From Chrysomallon squamiferum (taxonomy: Eukaryota; Animalia; Mollusca): 64,000 nucleotides of DNA. The notes under the pieces are model-generated. The model ran no database searches, was not told the DNA's origin, and worked only from the letters and a program-made list of their open reading frames with translations. Shown here in pieces: positions 54,911 to 64,000 of this stretch. Position numbers and translations under genes: made by a program. How positions within the stretch are numbered: position 1 is the stretch's first letter; the number at the start of each line of letters is the position of its first letter. The DNA is taken from NCBI GenBank assembly GCA_012295275.1, contig CM022672.1, positions 16,430,001 through 16,494,000 of the forward strand. The letters run 5' to 3'.

Positions 54911-57900
54911 GTTTGTAGAATTTTATTTTACTTCAGACAGACTTTTAAGTAGATGATAAATAAATGTGCTTTCAGTATGCTCCTAATACTCGTTGATGTA
55001 CAAATATATAAGATACATATTAATTGATTTCATAAACCTGACAACATAGAAACAATAAACCACCTTGAATTTTGTTTTGGGGCAAAACGATATTGTATAT
55101 TAGCTTAGTTCATAAAATATTTATCTTTATTTAAAAAATTCAAGCTTTGCATGTGGATTAGTTAAATGGTGTCACCAGCTGGTGCTAAATAGCTACCATT
55201 AATATGAGTGTTCATCAGTTTTAATATTTTATTTCAGTTCCTAAGTTCAATATATGTTTAACTCAAAGTAATACAGGCAGAAGTATTACTGTAAATTATT
55301 AATATATATAAAATGGGATATTACACATTTGCATATTTATTACAGTTTACTTTGATTCATATGTTACATGTATGTGAATGTGTTTGTGTGTGTATGTTTA
55401 TGTATATAATATGTTATAGTCATTTATTACATCAGCTGTTTTGTATCATCAATAAAACATAAATGAATTTAACATTATGATACTGACTTCCTTGTAGGAT
55501 TTGAATTTCAACACATTGAAAGTATCATGTAATACTATTTTGATATTAATGAAATTTTTAAAAATTACTTGAAAACATATTATTTTTGATAAATAAGGCC
55601 ATATAACAAATTTAGAGGACAGATATTTAAGTTGATAAACGATGCAGCTGTCAGTTATGTATTGTAAGTGTTTTATGTTAAATGTTACTAGCACTTTCAA
55701 TGATGTTAAATGTGTTGTTTCACTTTTAAGAAGGGAAATTGTCAAAATATAAAGAAGCATAAAGCTTAATTTTTGTTTAAATAAATTTAGCATTCCTCTT
55801 TAGCTTCATTCTATAAATGATGGTTGCATGACTGAAAGTTTATAAATCCAAAAAGAAGAGTTTTTATGTCCACTGGGCATACTGGAAATATTTTGACTTC
55901 ACAGGGTTATGTCATACAGTCCCATTCAGGAAAACATTGTTATGATATGTAACATTGTGAAACAAAGGCAACTGGTACATAATATATTTCCTAAATATGC
56001 CACAGGCTTGTATATGTGGATTATTACCACACCAGTTAAACTATGTTATATAATCTAATGGCTAATTTTCTTTTATTATGCAACTATTCTTCTTTCCCTT
56101 TCTTATGTTATTTAATTTCATCTGTGTCGCAGGAGTTGCCAAATTTTTACAATGAGCAAAAGATTTACCCAGTGTCCTTGACCTAGGCATATTATAAGAA
56201 GTAAAACAACAACAACAACAAAATGTATACATTTCATTCAACTTTGCATTGGTTTTGTAAATGCTTTTCTTTGTTTATTTTACATACTAGAATGTGAAAA
56301 ATAAAATAAAATGATTATCACCAACATTTTTATGCAGCCAGCTGCTGTATTGATTAATAACAGACCTTCACACTGTCTGAGAACTGATACTGAGCTGCGA
56401 TATAGGTACCGTGCTCAACAGAGACTGCATTAATATTCAGTGAACAGGCCCACCTCATAATGGAGGTCGGGCAGTGGTAGACAACAAAGTCATCTGTTTG
56501 CTTTGTTCCTGTTTTCTTGTTTATGATATTTTTGTTAAATTTTGGAATATTAATGCTGGTAAGTAATTGTACTGAACTACAGTTACCAGTGTTGTGTTTG
56601 CTGTCTATACTTTATTTAAATACCATTAATGAATATAGTCTGCTGTGTGTCAGTCTCGAGTGCATTGCTTTTTAGCGGCCATGTTGCTTTATTAGTAGGT
56701 CAATATGTATTTTCTTTCGTCTTCAGAAAGGTCCTTAATCATTTGTGTGTTTGTTATTTAATTACACATTGTAATTTGCACGAAACAAAAACAAAAAACC
56801 ATTAATAAGTTTAATTTTAAAATCTTTAAATTTATATGTTCTGACAAACGGGTACTGATTAATGATAGTAATATGTTAGATCTTTCTTTTTATGTTTTGT
56901 ATTGTAATAGTTACCTTCTTTTTTCTTTTTCTTTTTCTTTTTTTTTTATCTATATTTCATAGTTGACCTATAGAAATTGATAATCATAACTGTCATATTT
57001 TTATTGTGAAACAAATGTTTACAGGGGCATGATGGCCTTGATAAGTTATTATAACAATAGGCAGCAGATATTTTTATACCGTTTATTGTGTTAAAAATGC
57101 CTTAAGTTTGAGCTGCTTTTGTGTTTACAATTGTTTCACAAATACCAATATTGGACATGTTCCATGAGCCATGTTGTGTAACCTTGACAGAGCCCATTCT
57201 TTGACGTTCTTTGTTTGGTTAAACGTGGTCTCAGGATTTGTGGAACTTGCTGATGCACATCTTATGCAGCAGCTTTTGAATGCTGGAAAATAGTTAGAAT
57301 ATTTTTAAACATCATAAAAACAAAATAAAATCTATAAATAAAACAGGCTCGTGTAATTGTTTTGTGTATGTGTGAATGTTTTTTTTTTTAAAAGGGTTTG
57401 TTTGGGGATAAGTTTGGGCTGCCACTACTTAAATATTTGTATATATTAACATAAAAGAAAGAAGTAAAACGTTTCTTCATTAATATATTAAAGATGATAT
57501 TGTATATCATTGACAAATTTAAATATGTAGCCTATATATATATATATATATATTAATCACAAACAGTATATGAGATAACTCACATATAATTTTACACGTC
57601 ATAATCATTCAGTAAATCTGAATGCAATTATCTATTATTGATTACATATAGAAAATAAAAAAATAAATAAAAAAGTTAGTATAAGTTTGGCCTGAATCCA
57701 AACTTAAAACACTTAATATTAATTGCCTTAGCTGATAGATTAATATTAGAAAGATAATATAATTAAAATAATTTCATACTTTTAATTCTAGCCAACATTC
57801 ACCAAAAAAAAAGAGATGTCATTAGAAACTTAATTGTAAATTGTTTATTGTAAAAAAAAAAATATTGTTATGACTTATTGAAAAATGATAATTTTGAAGG

Positions 57901-58197
57901 TGGTCAGCATATTACATAGTTATGTTTCACTTCAAAACAAATGTAAAATGTCACGGTTTTATTCAGTAAAACCACCAAATGAACTATGAGGTTTAAAATC
58001 TGTCCTAAAACATATTTTTGGGAGAAGCTGCTTGATTGTACTCCATTTTCAAAACTCAGCTACATTTGTCCTCAATTCCCCAGCCTATCCAAAATATTCT
58101 CATTTGCTGAAAATGAAAAAAATAATTTGTTCTTGACTTAGACAAGAATTTGTGGAACAGTCATCAATTTTGCTGGAACCAAATTTAGTTTATGAAG

Positions 58198-58230
<33 letters not shown>

Positions 58231-60483
58231 TGTTTTATTTATTTATTTATTTATTTTTATTTTTTTACTTTTTTTTTTTTTGGTAACACCAAGTTCCTAT
58301 GGATACTATAAGGATGTTTGTAAAATCTGATTTTTCACCAAGCTTGCAGATTTATCAGTTAAAAGTGCATATATATCAGCTTTCATCCTGATGGGTGTAG
58401 AAATGACTAAACTAGCATGTTGAATAATGGGAATAATTGTTCATTGCTAAGACAAAAGGCTACTTATGCTATTGACTATTTCCCTGAAAGGCTTATTTTA
58501 TGGAAATCATAAAAACTGCTAGGAAATCAATGAGTTGAAAGATTAAAGAAATGAAAGAAAAGAAAAAGAAGAAAAAATTCCACATTTTTCTTTCTTTGGA
58601 GAAGCTCTTTATAATGCATTATATTTAAATCTGATAGTTCTAAATTCTTATTTCTGCCTGAATTCCCTCGCTGAATGAAACAGCATTTTATGCAGGCAAT
58701 TTCTGACATGTGATTAAAGTAATAAAAACTGTATGTATTAAAAAAAAAAAGAAATGTCAGTTGTTTATAACTTCCATATAAATTTATATAATTCAGTTTT
58801 TTTCCTAACATGTGTTTATAGATACACTGATAATGATATATTTGCATGAAACATTATGTGAAAGGGACAATGAACCAGCTGCTTTTTCTTTAAATATTAA
58901 TGTAAATGCAATAACTTGTCTATATGTATCACAGTACAGAAATGCCAACAACAAGTATCTTTCTCCACTAGATATTGTCAGGAAAATGAATGGTTTTCCA
59001 TATGAGATCAACTCTAAAAATATATTTTTGAACAATCAATTTTCTTGCCTTTGGTAGCACCATGACGACAACATTGATTTGTGTGCATATAACTATGCTT
59101 GAAGGGAGGAGACGTATTTATTAACTATTGATTTTCCATGGCAACTGTATTGATAGTTTGCAGTGGCTTGTCTGATGAATACACAGGAAGATTCCATTAA
59201 ATCAAATTGACAAGCCTCTTGACAATCAGTATCAGAAATAGGAATTATATGACGTCAAAGCTTACCACGTAAAGGTCGGATATCTGTATGTCAACAGAAA
59301 TTATAGTAGATTGTTAGTATTGTATCATTATATTAAACAATTTCACATTTTATCCTCTTCTTTTTTTTTTTAAGGTTAATTCTCATTCACAAATGTAAAG
59401 ATGTAACTGTTTTATTCATATTGGGTTTTTTTTTGAATAATCATCGAAATATTCTTTCTCTTTTATATATTTTTTATTTTTTTATTTTAAAAAATAATAA
59501 TAAGATTAAGGATATTCCAAATGATTTAGTAAATAGAATTTACTTTAAACAGTTACTAATATTATTTGAAGTTGACTTGGAATAACTTCAAAATGTATTC
59601 TGCTGGTGTATGTTTCATATGTGGGTTTTGCCTAAATCTCCTTTATTTAAAAACTTGTGTTTTTATATTGTACTAAAAGCGTAATAACAGTGTTACTTTA
59701 TTTGTAAACCAAAACATAACAAGGAGACCATGTCATGAAAAGAGCTTATTTTACAGTAGGAAGTTTAAACTGAAGCCACCTGTTCAGATTCAAGCAGACA
59801 GTTATTAATGAAATACTAGTATGGAAATATGCTTACCAAACAAGAATGAATCGTGCATACTGACAATAAAAGAACCAGATATTTGATGTGGCACTTTATA
59901 AGCATTCGGGTGTTGTAATTTGTGTGAACACAAACCATATTTTTGTTCAAGTTGGCTTGACCAGAAATATGATATTACATTCAGTTCAAAGACTGAAAGC
60001 TGACAGAGGTCAATTCATGTTCAGTGCTTCCACCTTGATGAGATTCTATCTGGAACCCAGATAGGCAGTGTTGATAAAGAAATCTATTGTACTGGCAAGT
60101 GCTCAGGGATAAAGGCTCTGGATGTTTGCCAGGTTATTTCACATTGAACTGGTATCAAGTTGTGGTTCTTTCAAAATGCATATCATTTGAACTAGCTATG
60201 GCACTCAAGTGTAAGACTTTTATTGATCAGCACCGAGTTGTAAAGAATTTATTACCTAGGTAATAAGTGCCTACAAACAAAAATGTCTCGTGGAGGGAAT
60301 CATTTGTAGAGAGGTGGCTTAACCTAATTTGATGTTGGAAGCCTCAATAATTGTTACAAAAAGAATTTAAAAAATCACCAAGAGTTTTCTGTGATGAATT
60401 TTATTTTCCAAATCTTTCATTGTTGAATAATAATATTCATATTTTATTTTGACATTCATTAAATAATAATGTTCTTTCTTTTG

Positions 60484-60484
<1 letters not shown>

Positions 60485-60521
<37 letters not shown>
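60485..60521. repeat. (TG)n microsatellite
   Basis: Direct reading. Confidence 0.95.
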
Positions 60522-60523
<2 letters not shown>

Positions 60524-61352
60524 CTTTAACAAAAGTAAATATAGATGATGTTCACACATTTTCTCTCTCCTGAACAATGTTTTTACACAAATTACATTTA
60601 TAGAACTTTATTTTATTTTATTGTTTTACTCTTTATTCAGTCGATAATGTATATGTTACATCATGTGTTGTTGTTTTTTTTGTTGTTTTTTTGCTTCCCA
60701 GAAATTCTATTTTTTAACATTATGTAACACTAGTTAGCTAGTTAATAGTTAGTGGAATGATTCAGTGAATTATATTAAATGACAAACAGGTGCTGAATAA
60801 CTGAACTTGAAGCTCACATTTCATTTATCCAGTAATACATTTCTTTTATTCTCTTTCTCTGACACACACGTGAATTGTTCTCATTTTTCAGATCTTGTAA
60901 CTTTCACATAATAGTTAAGAGTATGTTAAATTAATGTTACTCAGGGGAGGTATCTTCATTAAATACCACAAAACACATAATTTAAAAAAATTAAGCAATA
61001 TCAGTTTTTTTGTTGTTATTGTTGTTTGTTGTTGTTTATTTTTAGTTCTTTTCCTTCTTTTTTCTTTCTTTTTTCTTTTTTATGTTTCCTTATTTGTTCT
61101 TGGATTTTTAAAGCTTGTGTCTAGCTACAGATAATATTTTTTATTAAATATATTATTGTTTTGGTGGCTTTTTTCTCTCTCTCTCTCCTTCCTGTTGATT
61201 TTTACCATGACATATATGGCTTAATTCATTCAGACTAATTCATTGATCAGAGATGCATCTAACTTGTAGGTTTAGAAAAAATATATTTAAATCTAAAAAA
61301 TAGTCATCATAGTTACATACAATTAATTGTTTTTTATTTATTACATTTATAG

Positions 61353-61605
61353 AATTGAAAGAGAAAAAGCAGAAAGAGAAAAAGCTGATCGTGAACGTCA
61401 AGATAGAGAAAAAGCAGAAAGAGAAAGAGCAGAAAAAGAAAGACAGGAACGAGAAAGGGCTGAACGTGAATTACAAGATAGACTGCAGAGAGAACGCGAA
61501 CAATCTCGCCATGAACGAGAGCGAATTCTCCATGAATCCTCAACTGATAGTTTAGCTGCAGTAGATCAGCACTTCACAGAATCATTACGCTTGGCAAGTC
61601 AGCGT
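61353..61605 (+). CDS. JMJD1C: JMJD1C exon 9, Arg/Glu-rich helix (IEREKAEREK...AVDQHFTESLRLASQR)
   Basis: tttatag acceptor phase 2 completes CG+A (Arg); CGT|gtatgt donor phase 0. Confidence 0.87.
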
Positions 61606-61789
61606 GTATGTAATCAGAAATTCTAATTCATTAGATATGGTTTTGAATTTATTACATGCAGCAGTATTTATAAGATGATTACTTGTTATTAAATTATCAG
61701 CAATCCAGTATCGGATAATTATTTATTATTAAATTATCATCAGGATAGTTCTGTAATAAGTAACATTTAATTTAATATTTGTTCTTCAG

Positions 61790-61921
61790 GCAATAGTAAC
61801 TGGAGTCTGGCCTACTCCTTCTATAACTCGTGGAACTGGGAAGGGATTGATTACCAAATCGGAGGGTCAAGGTGTACAAAATTCACAGACATTGTCCAAG
61901 GAAGAAGAAAAGACTAAGCGA
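61790..61921 (+). CDS. JMJD1C: JMJD1C exon 10 (AIVTGVWPTPSITRGTGKGLITKSEGQGVQNSQTLSKEEEKTKR)
   Basis: ttcttcag acceptor, CGA|gtaggt donor; 132 nt, phase 0->0, open frame. Confidence 0.78.
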
Positions 61922-62274
61922 GTAGGTCTAATTCCAAAGGGCATTTTCTGAATAAGTAAATTTAAATTTAAAACAACTACTACTAGCATAACAGATATAA
62001 ATACTGGAGATAATCAAAATAAATAGTGGTTCTTGCTGTTCAAGAGAAAAACAAATTCAGCCTCAGTTATATTTTATCCATCATATGCTATTAACTGAAA
62101 ATTGAAAATAATTTGGGATGTTATTAAAATGGGGGAGGGGAATGAAGATATGTTCATTTATATATATATATATATATATATAAAACATAACTGACATGTC
62201 TGGATTTATGAAACTGATGGCTGAATTATTTAAAGAAATAGTTTAAATTATAAGTTTGTATATAATTATTTCAG

Positions 62275-64000
62275 GATTTGGAAAGGGAACGTGAACTACA
62301 ACAACACGAAATGTCTCGACACACAGAGGAAAAAAGATACCTGCAGCAGCGTATGATGCATGAAGCTCACCAAAAAGCCATGGAGCATTCACAAAAGGAT
62401 ACCAAAGCTGAAGCTCCCAAAGTGTCACATTCAGATATTAGTAAATCTGATTATTATCCTTACTCCTCCTACCAAGGAGCTGTTTATCCTTCACAGTCAG
62501 ATAAACAGACAATATTTAATCTATATGGTTATCCGTCACCTCACCCAGCTGTAATAACTACAGAGCAGTTACAGCAACGAGGATTAGTCCCATCCAAACA
62601 TATCAAAGAGGAAAAGTCTGAGGTTAAAGGACTTGTCCCAACTCCTGCTCACACAGGATCTGCCCATTTGACCTCTAGGAATAAGGAAATTCCAATGGCT
62701 CACACAAACATTAAAAAAGAAAAAATGCCAAGTTCGGTTATAGTTGAAAACAAGGCCAGTATTAAAACAGAAAATTCTGTAAATGCACAGTATGGGAATC
62801 CATTGCCAATGTCTTCATCACCTAGACCTCAGCCAAGGCCAGCTCACACACCTGAACAGCGGTTAGATCGTACAGCAAGTCCAGCTTCTGGGATTCCTCA
62901 TCATTTGCTTTCTCATACACTAAGCAGTTCTCCTCCAGGAAGACAACTTCATCAGTCTCACCCTACAGCATTTAGAACCATGGAGAATAATTCAACAAAT
63001 CGATCTCAAAGTCCACACATGGCAACTAGTCAGCAGGGTCATTCTGCATCCATGGCGCAACCAGTTGACTACTGTAAGTCAAACAACAGGCCTAGGACCA
63101 CCACAGGATCATCTCCTTTACCCTCAACTGCATCAGCACATACTTCAGTAGCTTACCCAACCATTGCACAGCCTCCAGTTTCACTTCCACCTTCATCCCT
63201 TACTTACAGCTACAGTCTCATTCAGCAAGGATTAGTGCCAAATCCTATTTATAGCCACAGCTCTGCCCAGAGTATGGTAAAGCCTGCCACTGTTCAAATG
63301 TCCAGAGCAGGAACCACACCTATTCAGAATAAAACATTACCTACAGGCCATTTATCTCCAATGGATACATCTGCAGGAATGAATGTCCGTTCCACATTAA
63401 CTGAAGCAGGTCAGAAAAGGAAACCAAACCCAGAAACTAAGGGAAGGAAAAGGCAAAAACCCCAGAATGAAAGCCCACCCAATACCACAAGTTCTATGTT
63501 ACAGATTCCTGTGACCACTCCTCAAATTCTAACCAATCCTTCTCCGTACACAACAACTAGCAGTAGTAACTACACAAAGAACAGTTCACCTATCTCCACT
63601 TCTTATGGACACTCAGCATCCACTGTGACAGCTCTGTTGAACACTTCTCCTGTTTCAAGAAAGTCAGGATCAGGATTTATGGATAGTTTTCGATCGTTTG
63701 TGGAAAATACTGTGCAGATAGCATTCTACCAGGATGACAAAAAGGCAGCAGAGGAAAAAAATAAAAATACAAACCAGACTGAATCAGACACAAATGTAAA
63801 CAGTGCTATTAACAACCCACAAGAAAATGTGGAAAAAAGAGAGGTTTCTTCTCCACACGAGATGCCTGTCACCACCCAGTTAATTCCAACTCCTCCTCCT
63901 TCTTCATTAATGTTGCCTCAACCGCCAAATACAGTTAACGAAGACACTTCATCATCTGTGATGACAAATTGTAGCACTGTTAGTAGCAACATGGCTTCAA
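62275..64000 (+). CDS. JMJD1C: JMJD1C exon 11, large S/P/T/H-rich exon running off the window end
   Basis: atttcag acceptor phase 0; frame open to 64000 in the stretches I translated (DLERERELQQ...FNLYGYP...YSLIQQGLVPNPIY...GFMDSFRSFVENTVQIAF); likely omitted from the ORF track because no stop is reached. Confidence 0.87.

Noticed and set aside
1058-61134. Most short ORFs in the supplied track (F/I/L/K/N-rich, HTHT, KNKN, poly-F, poly-I)
   Set aside because: They lie in introns, reflect AT-rich, homopolymer or microsatellite sequence, often start at TTG/GTG, and show no recognisable motifs

Overview
Very AT-rich, microsatellite-laden eukaryotic genomic DNA, probably from an invertebrate (mollusc-like; the taxon is an inference). 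It holds two spliceosomal genes arranged head-to-head around a ~0.9 kb CpG-retaining bidirectional promoter (~18570-19465). The minus strand carries a complete REEP1-4-subfamily ER-shaping protein gene: 9 coding exons from 18567 down to 514, ~283 aa, plus a candidate alternative last exon at 3035-3118. The plus strand carries the 5' part of a JMJD1C/KDM3-family H3K9 demethylase gene: 11 exons from 19466 to beyond 64000, ~1600 codons, with the zinc finger and JmjC domain lying past the window end. I hand-checked all exon phases and they are mutually consistent. Most entries in the supplied ORF track are spurious intronic low-complexity ORFs. The most notable observations are the REEP-KDM3 pairing that mirrors all four human paralog pairs, stacked stop-start uORFs in front of both start codons, a GC-rich inverted-repeat island before JMJD1C exon 7, candidate poison-exon and intronic-polyA routes to truncated JMJD1C, and recurring RFX X-boxes. 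I found no prokaryote-type system, tRNA, rRNA or intact transposon.
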